In this document: piece after piece, positions 9,721 to 22,150 of the stretch | How positions within the stretch are numbered: position 1 is the stretch's first letter | How the letters are laid out: every line of letters begins with the position of its first letter | Assembly (NCBI GenBank): GCA_032718475.1 | Contig: JAUCBJ010001631.1 | Coordinates: 1-48,030 of the forward strand | Source of the DNA: Nemertoderma westbladi | Taxonomy: Eukaryota; Animalia; Xenacoelomorpha | Direction of reading: 5' to 3' | DNA: 48,030 nt | The notes under the pieces: generated by a model | Seen by the model: only the letters and a program-made list of their open reading frames with translations | Told to the model about the DNA's origin: nothing | Databases searched by the model: none | Position numbers and translations under genes: made by a program

Positions 9721-10404
9721 TTATTTATCATTATTATTATTATTATTATTTTCGCTACGTTTATAGTCAGTGTAATTTTTAATGTAACAATTATGATTAC
9801 GAAATATATCAGATCTAAATCTTAAATGTTCGGGTGTTTCCTGTCGTAAATCAATTAAGAAATGTGAAAATGGTTGAATTGTCGCATCTTGATAGGAATC
9901 AACTAAAAATTTGGTCTGCCCTGGTAACATCTGCTTCGCGAAATTTAAAACCGATAAACTGTCTCTCGGATTTTTCATTAATACTAAAGTATGGCTATTA
10001 ATTGATCTTGTGCGGTTATGCTTCCCACCGTAAAACATGTTTTGCGTTATAAAACAAATAAATATATTGGAATGATGAGCTACCTTAGTAAACAATACAG
10101 TTAATGCTGTACTGGACTCAGTTTCTGTTAACAAATCATCTATAATTAATAAATCTCGACTATTCACTAAACTATCTATATTTTCGGGCAAACCTTTGTA
10201 AAGGTGAGTAATACCGGGAATAGTCGGGGGATTGCTCCCGTAACAATACAATACTCGCAAGGGGGCTTCGTTGAAACAACCATTCTTGTGTTTAATTAAA
10301 TTGCTTACAAAGGTTGACTTTCCAGAACCAGATGGCCCAGAAATTATCATACTCGTTCCCATTTGAAAGTTTAAATTATATGGACCTGAATTAAAGTCAG
10401 CCAT
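9721..10404 (-). CDS. A32/FtsK-like DNA packaging ATPase
   Basis: Walker A GPSGSGKS, Walker B LLIIDDL, AHH, FITQN, RSIN, KNPRD motifs. Confidence 0.95.
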   Translation of the reverse strand: MADFNSGPYNLNFQMGTSMIISGPSGSGKSTFVSNLIKHKNGCFNEAPLRVLYCYGSNPPTIPGITHLYKGLPENIDSLVNSRDLLIIDDLLTETESSTALTVLFTKVAHHSNIFICFITQNMFYGGKHNRTRSINSHTLVLMKNPRDSLSVLNFAKQMLPGQTKFLVDSYQDATIQPFSHFLIDLRQETPEHLRFRSDIFRNHNCYIKNYTDYKRSENNNNNNNDK

Positions 10405-10620
10405 TTATTATTATTATTAAGATATATCAACAATACAATATAATATAATATCAATATCAATATCAATAAACCATCACCATTACTATGTATATAACAATAA
10501 TTGTTGCAACTACAATATTAGAGTACTGTATATTTAATTAACATACGACGCCGCTACAGTATGTGACGCTCGCTGCAACAAAAGGTGCTATTTCCAATTA
10601 TAGTATAGACTGATGTAATT

Positions 10621-11073
10621 TCAAGCATGGTGAGCATCTTTATACGCGAAATAATGATAGGTAACATCGGCGGTTTGGAAATCACTTCCCGAAAATTTCG
10701 CGCTAATAATTTTTTTATGTTCGCTGCTAAAAAAATAAGGAATATAGTAGCAACAGCGTCGTACTACATTTCTATAAAAAATATTCTCCAATATTGTAAA
10801 TAAATCTCCCGGATCATTACTTTCCGCAGAAATATAAGTTATATTGCGAAGCTCTTTCCAATAATAGGGTTGATAACTTGCCAACTTTATATTAAACTTA
10901 GATATGGGTGCGCGACAAATAGGACAAATTTTAGAACAATAATTATTCATTTCGGAATATTGTACAATACATTGTACGCAAGTTGCATGTTTATTTTCAC
11001 ACTTATAATAATCTCGATGTTGTTGCAATAACTTAGAATAGCAAACTGGACATTTTTCATTTAAAATATCCAT
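10621..11073 (-). CDS. RING-finger (C3HC4-like) protein, putative E3 ubiquitin ligase
   Basis: CPVC-x13-CENKHATCVQC-x14-CPICR. Confidence 0.8.
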   Translation of the reverse strand: MDILNEKCPVCYSKLLQQHRDYYKCENKHATCVQCIVQYSEMNNYCSKICPICRAPISKFNIKLASYQPYYWKELRNITYISAESNDPGDLFTILENIFYRNVVRRCCYYIPYFFSSEHKKIISAKFSGSDFQTADVTYHYFAYKDAHHA

Positions 11074-11235
11074 TTTCCAAATTTTAAAGTAAATTGAAAA
11101 TAATTACCGCAATACACAACAACAACAAACAAAACTGTTATACTGTATATACAAATACTGCTACAATTTTCGATTATTTAAAAACATCAAAATTTTATAT
11201 ATAATCATAAAATATTTATAATATAGAGGGAAAAG

Positions 11236-11682
11236 TCAAGAATCAATGATATTATCAACATATTCAACATTATCCGTTGATTCTTCAGGTTCGACAAAGG
11301 ATTCTTTTGAAATCATTACAATAAAGAAAGACATAATTTCGTAGGGGCTATGCCGATTTAGCCGTATTTCAAACTTTTCACCAGCTTCGTTGTATTGTGT
11401 AATAACAATAAACCCCTCTATCATGGATAATAGTAAAATGTTGCTTAATTTTCCTCCCTCATGCTCAACTTTCAGGTTGTAATCTAAAAGATGAACACTA
11501 TTATCAGAAGCATCAATATCAATTGAGCTTAAAACTTTCCTGGCTTTTTCAGAAAACTCAATTTTATATTTATCATCTCCCTGACGGTAAATTGTATAAT
11601 CAATAACAATATAGGCTTGACCATCTTCTGCAAAAAATGAATGCCTTACCATTGGCATAACCATATCGGAATCAGAAGACAT
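11236..11682 (-). CDS. Hypothetical acidic protein (148 aa), first gene inside terminus
   Basis: ATG ORF co-oriented with the cluster, with upstream TATA run ~11776-11786; no recognisable domain. Confidence 0.6.
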   Translation of the reverse strand: MSSDSDMVMPMVRHSFFAEDGQAYIVIDYTIYRQGDDKYKIEFSEKARKVLSSIDIDASDNSVHLLDYNLKVEHEGGKLSNILLLSMIEGFIVITQYNEAGEKFEIRLNRHSPYEIMSFFIVMISKESFVEPEESTDNVEYVDNIIDS

Positions 11683-11849
11683 TATTTAATTTATTTTATT
11701 GTAAATCAAACAAACAAAGTAAAAACTTTTAAACTAAAACCATTACAAATGATTAATTGTGATTAAAGCAAGAGATTATATATATAAGATATTTTCAAAA
11801 ATAATACAGGTCTTAAACTGAGAAATAGCCTAAATTCGGTTTATTGATT

Positions 11850-12595
11850 GGTTGATTAGCTGGTGGGGAACTACTGTATAAACAAAAAAATTATTGCGTA
11901 ATAATAATCACTAATGCTCGTATACGCGTAGCTGGAACGTGACGGAATCTCATGTATCATACTGGTTGGTTTGTTGATTTGGCGACAGCGGTCGTGGAGT
12001 TGGCAATCAATATAATATAATATATGCATGATGCGTGTAGTGTAGATGGCCACGTCGTTACCATATACAGTATACAGTGGTGGTGGTTGGTTGGTTGCCT
12101 GGATAGGAAATAACTATGGAAATATTCGTATACGTGTAGCTGGAACGTGGCGGAATTTCACGTATCATAGCATTGGACTGGTAGGAGGCTGCTTGGTTGG
12201 TTGGATTGGTTTGGCGACAGCCGTCGAGGAGTAGCCGTGCGTGGCTAGCGGTGGTGAGTTGGCAATCGATATATAATATAATAGCGTAGTGGGGGCTAGC
12301 CATGCATCATGAAGTTAGGTTACGCGAAGATGAATATGCGATGGTTGGTTGATGCAACAACACGAATCAATACTCACGGTTGGTAACAGCTATCGAGTAA
12401 GGCAGGCATCGTGAGGTTAGGCTACGCGTAGGCGATAGGCAACGATTGGTTGAAGGCATCGACACGAATCAATATTGATGGTGACAGATGGTCATTAAAC
12501 ATCGCGATTTAGCACGTTTTTAATAGCCCTCCGAGATGCAGCCCGTAGCCCAGGCTAGGGAGGAGTACGCGGGGGAGCACTCTTCTTCTACTACT
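11850..12595. repeat. Probable right terminal inverted repeat region of the Polinton with degenerate internal direct repeats
   Basis: Non-coding, GC-richer; ends CTACTACT (12588-12595); duplicated blocks ~11915-12045/12125-12300 and ~12305-12375/12407-12476. Inner boundary is approximate. Confidence 0.7.
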
Positions 12596-12976
12596 AACTA
12601 TAAGAACAAAATTTAGATTCAAGCAAACGGAACTCTAAGTACAAAATATAGCCATGGGTGGTACTCTATAGTAAGAACAAAGTCTAGCTACAGGGTTACA
12701 TCTACGTTAAAGTAAAGTTCACTTACAGTACGTCATGACGAATAATTAAAGACATGTTTTTCTACAGTACGTGGCAACATTTTGAGCAACTCTATCAGCA
12801 ACTTAGTGAGCATGTCCGGTTGCCGATCAAGTTGCTCTATGTAAACGCGAAGTTTGTTGCTGTAAAAGATGCCTCATATAACGGAGACTAAAAGTTAATG
12901 TTTCTCAAATTAAGTTGCTAGTTGCTGACCAAATTGTCCAAAACGTCCGGCAACCTAGAGTAACTTATAGCAACTT

Positions 12977-13870
12977 GGACACAAACATTAAATGAGGGAC
13001 ATATATTTATCAGCGCCACAAACATTAATGTGGGACAAACATTAATCAGGGGGACAAACATTAATGTGGGACATAAACATTTATGTAGGACACAAACATT
13101 AATGTGGGACATAAACATTGACATTAATGAGGGACACAAACATTAATGAGGGACACAAACATTAATGAGATATACAAACATTAATGAGGGACACAAACAA
13201 TAAACGAGGGACAGATATCAATCAAGGACACAAACATTAATGAGGGACACAAACATTAATGAGGTACACAAACATTAATCAGGGACACAAACATTAATTG
13301 AGGTACACTAACATTAATGAGGTACACAAACATTATTGAAGGACACAAACATTAATGAGGTACACAAACATTAATGAGGGACATAAACGATGTCGTTACT
13401 AAAAAGGGAAGGAGTAGGAGTAAAAAAATGATGTACATAAGGGAGAGACAGGAATGTGGGGGGGGGGGGGGGGGGGGGTGGGGGTAACATGAATGGTGGT
13501 GGTAGGAGGTAAATTGAAAATATGGGGGTATAACAGCCGGAGGGGGGGGGGGGGGGGGGGGGGTAGCAGCAAAACAGGAAGCTGAACAAGGTAACCGAAC
13601 GTCGCTTTCAAAAAATTTCCATCTAATTAGGAAGATGGAATGTATACAAAACGGCGTACTTTGATCGAAGCTCACGTTCCCATTGTAGTATTTTTTCAGT
13701 TAATCACTTAATATCTGATCGTCTGATGGCAAGCATCACCATCGCTCATATTAATATCAATTGGCAACCATGGACCCCTATTAATGTTTTGTGCCCCTTA
13801 ATGTGTGTCCCTCATTAATGTTTGTGTCCCTCAATAATGTTTGTGTCCCTCATTAATATTTGTGTCCTGG
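12977..13870. repeat. ~20-bp minisatellite (GGGACACAAACATTAATGA) array with inverted copies; foldback/MITE-like
   Basis: Direct array ~12977-13385; reverse-complement copies (CCTCATTAATGTTTGTGTCC) ~13775-13870; poly-G tracts between. Confidence 0.8.
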
Positions 13871-14239
13871 CCGCAATACAAACCAGTATATAAATGATAA
13901 ATTACGGGGTTTTGCCAGGCTATTGTTTCTGATTTACGGGGTTTTACAGGTTGTTATTTCTGATTTAAGGGGTTTTGCCAGGTGGACTGAATTTCATATA
14001 CTTGAATTTACGGTGTTTTGCAAGCCAATTATTGACTTGTGGGGTTCTGCCTCGAAGTGGGCATAAGTTACGGGGAACTGTCTTTGGCTTATAACTCAAA
14101 AATGGCTGGTAGAAAAGCTTCGGGGTTCTGCCAGACGAAAAAGCCGATATCGAATTACCCAAAAAGTCAAAAACATGAAAATCGAAAAAAATCGACTTAG
14201 GGGGTTCTCTGCCTTGAAGGTGACGAAAAGTACTGCGAC

Positions 14240-15100
14240 TTAAACGGCCTTACAGTCAATTTGGCAAAAACAAAAGTTATTAAATTTCGCCGGGGTGGGA
14301 GACTATCAGCTAATGACATACTTATATATAAAGGTCAGCAATTGGAATTTGTGAACAAGTTCAATTACCTTGGCGTCGTACTGACTACGAAAAATTCGCG
14401 AGCTGGTCATTACACTCATTTACACAAGCGGGGCATTGCCTCCTGTATCCGGTTAGCATCAACAGTCAATATGAGTTCCGTTTCCATAGCAACCGCTCAC
14501 AAACTCTGGGTCCTTGTGGTCTTTCCGGCCACCACATACGGTTGCTCGACTTTCCACGATTTCTCCAGAGCGCAGCTTTTGCAGCTCCCCCACGTGATCA
14601 AAGTCCGCGGATTCTACTATAAACTTTGGTGCGGTCTAAGTAAATTCGCGTCAACAACCAATATACTTGAGGCGGTTGACAATGGAGACAACTCCAGTAT
14701 CAACCTCAAATATTTATCGGGCCAGCGGCGGAGGGTGGGAGCGCAGTTCCTTTCCAACGGCTTCCATCACAAACTCTGCAGCTCAACAAGATGCTGGCGG
14801 CCCACCCCTGCATGTATTTGCCGCCTATGCAGCGGTCAGGCGTCCACTGCCGCCCATGCGATGGGCTGCAATGGGCTGACCAACGTGGCTCGCCCCACAA
14901 CTCTCAGCCTCGCATTCCACCTTCAGCAAATATAAATATTACAATACCCGATTTTATTTAAATAGTAACCCCCTAATATGTGGCTGTGTAATTAATATTT
15001 ATATCTATTTTATTTATTTTTACTATAATGTGCTTCCTATTACTGTATTAATTTTTATAAACTACTTGTTTTACTTATCCGTTGGATAAATTAAATGATT
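14240..15100 (+). mobile_element. 5'-truncated non-LTR retrotransposon (RT C-terminal region plus 3' UTR)
   Basis: NLAKTKVIKFRRGGRLS...LEFVNKFNYLGVVL...TYGC, and C-terminal CRLC...HAMGC knuckle, followed by AT-rich tail. Confidence 0.82.
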
Positions 15101-15106
15101 TATATC

Positions 15107-15660
15107 AAATTTACACTTTCGCACTTTCAAATTTACACTTTCTCACTTTCAAATTACACTTTCTCACTCTCAAATTTACACTTTCTCACTCTCAAATTTA
15201 CACTTTCTCACTTACAAATTTACACTTTCGCACTTTCAAATTTACACTTTCTCACTTTCAAATTTACACTTTCTCACTTTAAAATTTACACATTCTAATT
15301 TACACTTTCGCACTTTCAAATTTACACTTTCGCACTTTCAAATTTACACTTTCGCACTTTCAAATTTACACTTTCGCACTTTCAAATTTACACTTTCAAA
15401 TTTACACTTTCTCACTTTAAAATTTACACATTCAAATTTACACTTTCGCACTTTCAAATTTACACTTTCGCACTTTCAAATTTACACTTTCGCACTTTCA
15501 AATTTACACTTTCGCACTTTCAAATTTACACTTTAGCACTTTCAAATTTACATTTCGCACTTTTAGATTTACACTTTCACAATGAAAAGATCATTTTCAC
15601 ACTGAAAAGATCATTTTCACACTGAAAATATCATTTTCACACTAAAAAGAACACTTTACA
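15107..15660. repeat. 21-22-bp minisatellite (AAATTTACACTTTCGCACTTTC) grading into a 20-bp ACTGAAAAGATCATTTTCAC unit
   Basis: Directly visible tandem copies. Confidence 0.95.
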
Positions 15661-15695
15661 TTTAAAACGTTGCTTGGCCGTTCTGGGCCACCGTA

Positions 15696-18500
15696 AGCTG
15701 GGATGGGATGTGATGACATATTATTGGTAGATGTGTGTCTGGAGGTCCGTTGAAAAATGGCGGAATTGAGGACCTTAGGTTTATTAGTAAATCTAGAATA
15801 GCTGGGAGGGTGGGATGGGATGTGATGACATATTATTGGTAGATGTGTGTCTGGAGATTCGTTGAAACATAGCGGAATTGAGGACCTTAGGTTTATTAGT
15901 TAAACTAGAATAACTGAGATGTGATGCCATATTATTGGTGGATGTGTGTCTGGAGGTCCGTTGAAACATAGCAGAATTGAGAACCTTAGGTTTATTAGTA
16001 AATCTAGAATAGCTGGGATGTGATGACATTATTGGAAGATGTGTGTTTGGAGATCCGTTGAAACATAGCGGAATTGAGGACCTTAGGTTTATTAGTAAAT
16101 CTAGAATAGCTGGGATGGGATGTGATGACATATTATTGGTAGATGTGTGTCTGGAGGTCCGTTGAAACATAGCAGAATTGAGGACCTTAGGTTTATTAGT
16201 AAATCTAGAATAGCTGGGATGTGATGACATATTATTGGTAGATGTGTGTCTGGCGGTCCGTTGAAACATGGCGGAATTGAGGACCTTAGGTTTATTAGTA
16301 AATCTAGAATAGCTGGGATGGGATGTGATGACATATTATTGGTAGATGTGTGTCTGGAGATTCGTTGAAACATAGCGGAATTGAGGACCTTAGGTTTATT
16401 AGTAAATCTATAATAGCTGGGATTGGATTTGATGACATATTATTGGTAGATGTGTGTCTGGAGGTCCGTTGAAAAATGGCGGAATTGAGGACCTTAGGTT
16501 TATTAGTAAATCTAGAATAGCTGGGAGGGTGGGATGGGATGTGATGACATATTATTGGTAGATGTGTGTCTGGAGATTCGTTGAAACATAGCGGAATTGA
16601 GGACCTTAGGTTTATTAGTTAAACTAGAATAACTGAGATGTGATGCCATATTATTGGTGGATGTGTGTCTGGAGGTCCGTTGAAACATAGCAGAATTGAG
16701 AACCTTAGGTTTATTAGTAAATCTAGAATAGCTGGGATGGGATGTGATGACATATTATTGGTAGATGTGTGTCTGGAGGTCCGTTGAAACATAGCAGAAT
16801 TGAGGACCTTAGGTTTATTAGTAAATCTAGAATAGCTGGGTTGTGATGACATATTATTGGTAGATGTGTGTCTGGAGATTCGTTGAAACATAGCGGAATT
16901 GAGGACCTTAGGTTTATTAGTTAAACTAGAATAACTGAGATGTGATGCCATATTATTGGTGGATGTGTGTCTGGAGGTCCGTTGAAACATAGCAGAATTG
17001 AGAACCTTAGGTTTATTAGTAAATCTAGAATAGCTGGGATGTGATGACATTATTGGAAGATATGTGTTTGGAGATCCGTTGAAACATAGCGGAATTGAGG
17101 ACCTTAGGTTTATTAGTAAATCTAGAATAGCTGGGATGGGATGTGATGACATATTATTGGTAGATGTGTGTCTGGAGGTCCGTTGAAACATAGCAGAATT
17201 GAGGACCTTAGGTTTATTAGTAAATCTAGAATAGCTGGGTTGTGATGACATATTATTGGTAGATGTGTGTCTGGAGGACCGGTTGAAACATAGCGGAATT
17301 GAGGACCTTAGGTTTATTAGTAAATCTAGAATAGCTGGGATGTGATGACATATTGGTAGATGTGTGACTGGAGGTCCGAAGTTAGTAAATCTAGAATAGC
17401 TGGAATGTGATGACATATTATTGGAAGATGTGTGTCTGAAGGTCCGAAGTTAAATGGCGGAATTGAGGACCTTAGGTTTATTAGTAATTCTAGAATAGCT
17501 GGGATGTGATGACATATTATTGGTAGATGTGAGTCTGGAGGACCGGTTGAAACATAGCGGAATTGAGGATCTTAGGTTGATTAGTAAATCTAGAATAGCT
17601 GGGATGGGATGTGATGACATATTATTGGTAGATGACGTGTGTCTGGAGGTCCGTTGAAACATGGCGGAATTGAGGACCTTAGGTTTATTAGTAAATCTAG
17701 AATAGCTGGGATGGGATGTGATGACATACTATTGGTAGATGTGTGTCTAGAGATCCGTTGAAACATAGCGGAATTGAGGACCTTAGGTTTATTAGTAAAT
17801 CTAGAATAGCTGGGATGGGATGTGATGACATATTATTGGTAGATGTGTATCTGGAGGTCCGTTGAAACATAGCGGAATTGAGGACCTTAGGTTTATTAGT
17901 AAATCTACAATAGCTGGGATGTGACGACATATTGGTAGATGTGTGTCTGGAGGTCCGTTGAAACATAGCGGAATTGAGGACCTTAGGTTTATTAGTAAAT
18001 CTACAATAGCTGGGATGTGACGATATATTGGTAGATGTGTGTCTGGAGGTCCGCTGAAACATAGCAGAATTGAGGACCTTAGGTTTATTAGTAAATCTAG
18101 AATAGCTGGGATGTGACGACATTATTGGAAGATGTGTTTCTGGAGGTCCGTTGAAACATAGCGGATTTTAGGACCTTAGGTTTATTAGTAAATCTAGAAT
18201 AGCTGGGATGTGATGACATATTGGTAGATGTGTAACTGGAGGTCCGAAGTTAGTAAATCCAGAATAGCTGAGATGTGACGACATATTGGTAGATGTGTGA
18301 CTGGAGGTCCGAAGTTAGTAAATCTAGAATAGCTGGGATGTGATGACATATTATTGGTAGATGTGTGTCTGGAGGTCCGTTTAAACATAGCGGATTTGAG
18401 GACCTTATGTTTAATAGTAAATCTAGAATAGCTGGGATGTGATGACATATTGGTAGATGTGTGACTGGAGGTCCGAAGTTAGTAAATCTAGAATAGCTGG
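15696..18500. repeat. ~99-104-bp satellite array with shorter ~65-bp deletion variants
   Basis: Unit GCTGGGATGTGATGACATATTATTGGTAGATGTGTGTCTGGAGGTCCGTTGAAAC...TCTAGAATA; starts measured at 16109, 16213, 16312. Confidence 0.97.
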
Positions 18501-20035
18501 GATACTAGCAAGACTAGTCGGTACAAAGATAGGGAGAGACGGACACGTCAGTGGAATTAAAGACAGTGAAGAGTGGGAAGTCCCAATAAAGCCTGGGTAA
18601 TCAGAAACGGGGTGCGGTAACATGTGTGTGTGTGTATTGTACAAAGTACACATTATAGACAAACACACCCAATCAACTCCTAATTGATATCACTACTGTA
18701 GTTTGTAGGTAAATTCCATTCTTAATGTGAATTATTGCGACTTAATATAACAAAATGAGATATAATCAATCTACTAAAATGTACCTACTGTAGTACCTAT
18801 TATACTGTATACAATGACATTAGAATTACCCTGTCCTTAATTTCCTACATGTTTATACATAAAATCAAAATCACGTCTATAATTATGTTAATGTAATTAT
18901 ATATAATTTAATAATATTAGCTTTATATTCAATTTAAATAAAGTACCTCTGTATTTCACGTCGGCTCCAGTGGGAATATTTCCACGAATGGACGTAAGCG
19001 AGTGAGTGAAATATGAAACAAGAGCCTGAAAGTCGTTTACATAAATCGAAAATGTCATTTTATTTTCAAGTTTCGAAGTTTTATTAATTATAAATACATA
19101 CAGTATTATACAGGTTGTTACTTTATTTCACGCCGTGAGATATAACACCCCATAGCCCATCAGTGTACTTTATTTCACGACGTATTTCACGTCGATTTGA
19201 AAATATGATATTTTATTTAATAGGAAATAATAATTAACATTTAACGTATAATTAATTTATATATTGTAGCCTATATTCATTTAGAAAAGAGCAAGGGTGT
19301 TTGTTAATGTCTAAATATGATATAACAAATTAGGCCTCTATAAATTGGTCGTACTAAGCTACTAACTGCTGAGAAAGGTTACATCCGCCTGGCTAAACCA
19401 GATAAGGGGGAAACTTGACGCAATAAAAATGCATCCCTCTCCAGGGGAAATTCGACGCAAATAACATTGGTTTGGAAATAGCATTGTTTTGGTTAAAATA
19501 ACGTGCCACGGTAACCTGCTCCTTTCCTTAAATTGAGAATTTAACATTGAGCGGGATATTAATTCGCCAAGATGTGATTTGCGTCCAGTCCCCCCCCCCC
19601 CCCCCCCCCCTGCCTCGGCTAAACAAGGTAGGCTGGCCTACCTCTCACTCCACATGACACTCACGGCTAGTTCGATTTGAGGCATACAGTCACACAGTCA
19701 AAGATGGCCATTTTCAAACTGTTCGAATATTTGACAACGGCGTGCTTTTGTTGCTGCTGTGCTGTGACAGTGTGACGTTTCAGTTCTCCCTGTTTCTAAA
19801 ATCGTCGAGAAGACCGCGAAAGTGGCCCCATCTGCGTATTGGGCTTCCGTAGTACTGTAGTAGAGGCGGCTAGGCGCAATAGATAGCAGGATGTCGAATC
19901 CTGGGATAGGCTGCTGACCCGGACCCATGTAGCCTAATCAGCTAATTCAGTACAGCAGTAAGCAGCAATTCTGAAATTATTATATAATTTGTAATTTAAA
20001 CAGTACTGGCTACAGCTGTGCAGTGTAGAGCAGTA

Positions 20036-22049
20036 GGGTGGTGTGGGCTAAGTGCATACTAATTTCAACAACATCAACTTCAACCTCTTACTATGGTCTT
20101 CAGTTGAAAGCACTGTGCTAGCAAAAGCATAGATAGACTAATTCATATATGGGCTTTCAGAATAACATCAATTGAGATCATAATTTCCATTCCTGATACC
20201 TGAATCAGCTCATTTCATTGAGATCTGTGATGATTGTGATAGAAGGATCTAGGAATAATTATTTGAAAGTTTCATTACAATTTATGCAGTGGTTCAAAGG
20301 TTACCTTAGAAAAATTAATAATTCCACATTTCAATAAATTGGACTGAATTGTTGGTAATATTGGCGTTCAAATAGAAATACAGTAGACAGGCTGACAGGT
20401 GCAGAATGCCAATTTGGCCTGTACTAAACTGTAAGCTAAGACTCACAGTCACAGACTTTGTGTCTCCCCCCTCAAGTATAATTAGCCAATGTTGTTTGTC
20501 ATTCAGTCTGGCGACTGTCTTAGTTCCAATCTCCTTCATCTTAAAGGTGAATAAATATAAAATATTATAATATCAGGTATAATATTGTAATATTAAATCA
20601 AAATTGATTCGGGTTGTGCTTCGCTTTGCTTTCTTATTTATTTATTTATTCTTTTATTACTTGTGTATTATTTCCTTAAAAAATGTACTGCACGAAACTA
20701 CATCTTTATTTTTGTTATATGTTTCCATCATGTAATTGGTGAACACCAGGCTCCCTGAACCATTAATAAACCTTAACATATACACCGACAACCTCCAGTA
20801 TTACATTACGAGACAGTCCAAATCTCCACTTGCCCATAGTTTTTATACAATTGGCTAATCTTTCCGCATGTTCCACTGCTAGAGTTTTAGAGCACCCGCC
20901 ACCTCCCACAGAAACTCATCTTCTCTCCCCCCCCCCCCCCCCGTAACATATGGTCTTTAATTGTTGAACGAGGGATTTTGTCACAAGTTGATGCTCGAAA
21001 TGCACTCAACACTCCGGATTTCATATCGGTATTCATTTCATTACCGGACTAGCGCCTCCGGTGGCTATAATTAAAATGGTAGGGCCATAATAAAAATATA
21101 CATAGCAACAGCAAGTATAACTGGTCAGACGATAGTTGTGAACCAAATGAAAGAATAGTAAATTGATAACGTGGCGGTAAGAACAGTAAAGGCACCAATG
21201 CACCGATATAAGTCAGTTGCGGTATAAAATCAACCCGAAAATAAAATATATATACATATTGATATAACATATTCGTAGGGCGTACTTAATAGTGTAGGGT
21301 GTACAATAATTGCTATGTGTAAAACGTGCAAATTTGCCATTAAAATAAAATCGGATAAAATAAGATATAACTGCATCATCTAAATGTTCTTTAGGGTAAC
21401 TTGCCCGTTGAGTCTTTCTGACATAATTACGTACCATAATCTATCTCCTAACTCCTACTGCTCTGGGCCTATCACTGACCCACTACTACTGTATTTTCCA
21501 CTGTTGATATACTGCAGTATTACTATAGACCTGCATACTGAAAGTAATAAGTTATGAATAAGCATTGGTGCCTGATAGGAGAGCAATTTTTATGAATGTG
21601 CACTTGCCCCAGAATTAGTGCTGCACTTGCCCCATTAAGTAAATTTTGTGGGGCAAATGCATATAAGCATATAGAACTTAATGATATTTGTTTGGGGTAA
21701 GTGCATTAATATCAATTGGAAGACATTTATATTTTGAATTTACCGCCGTTTATAGCTTACAATTCTAGCCAATAGTTCCTGAGATCTTCAAGTTTCATTA
21801 TGGGAGTATTAATCTTGTACTTCTAATTTATATGAATATACTATTTCAAACATAATATTTCAGTAACATTTGGATTAACATTAATTGTTTTCTTACATAA
21901 TAATTTGTGAAATAGTATTACGATGATTTTATGAGTAATTATATTACATTTTAGACTCATTTACTGGACAATTTTTTAACATGCCGCAGTTACCCATGAC
22001 GCACTTCCATCCATCACGTCCACTATCACTTCCATGACCGCATTCACCC
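20036..22049 (-). mobile_element. Decayed pogo/Tigger-like DNA transposon (pipsqueak HTH + CENP-B HTH remnants)
   Basis: TA-flanked ends TA|GGGTG...CACCC|TA. MVRNYVRKTQRASY start at 21437; KSGVLSAFRAS...IPRSTIKDH at ~20945-21030; KWRFGLSRNVILEVV at ~20780-20835; subterminal TGCACTTGCCCCA repeats at 21600-21710. Confidence 0.68.
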
Positions 22050-22150
22050 TACAACAAGAATAAGGATAAAGACAGCTATTGTAATGATAATTGAGGGAAA
22101 TGATATTTCAATAATCAATATGATCGAAATCGCAATAAATAATTACAATT

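Noticed and set aside
13352-13675. Proline-rich ORFs
   Set aside because: Produced by poly-G tracts.
15082-18668. Multiple repetitive ORFs and a superficially CRISPR-like periodicity
   Set aside because: Tandem satellite with no unique spacers and no cas genes; eukaryotic context.
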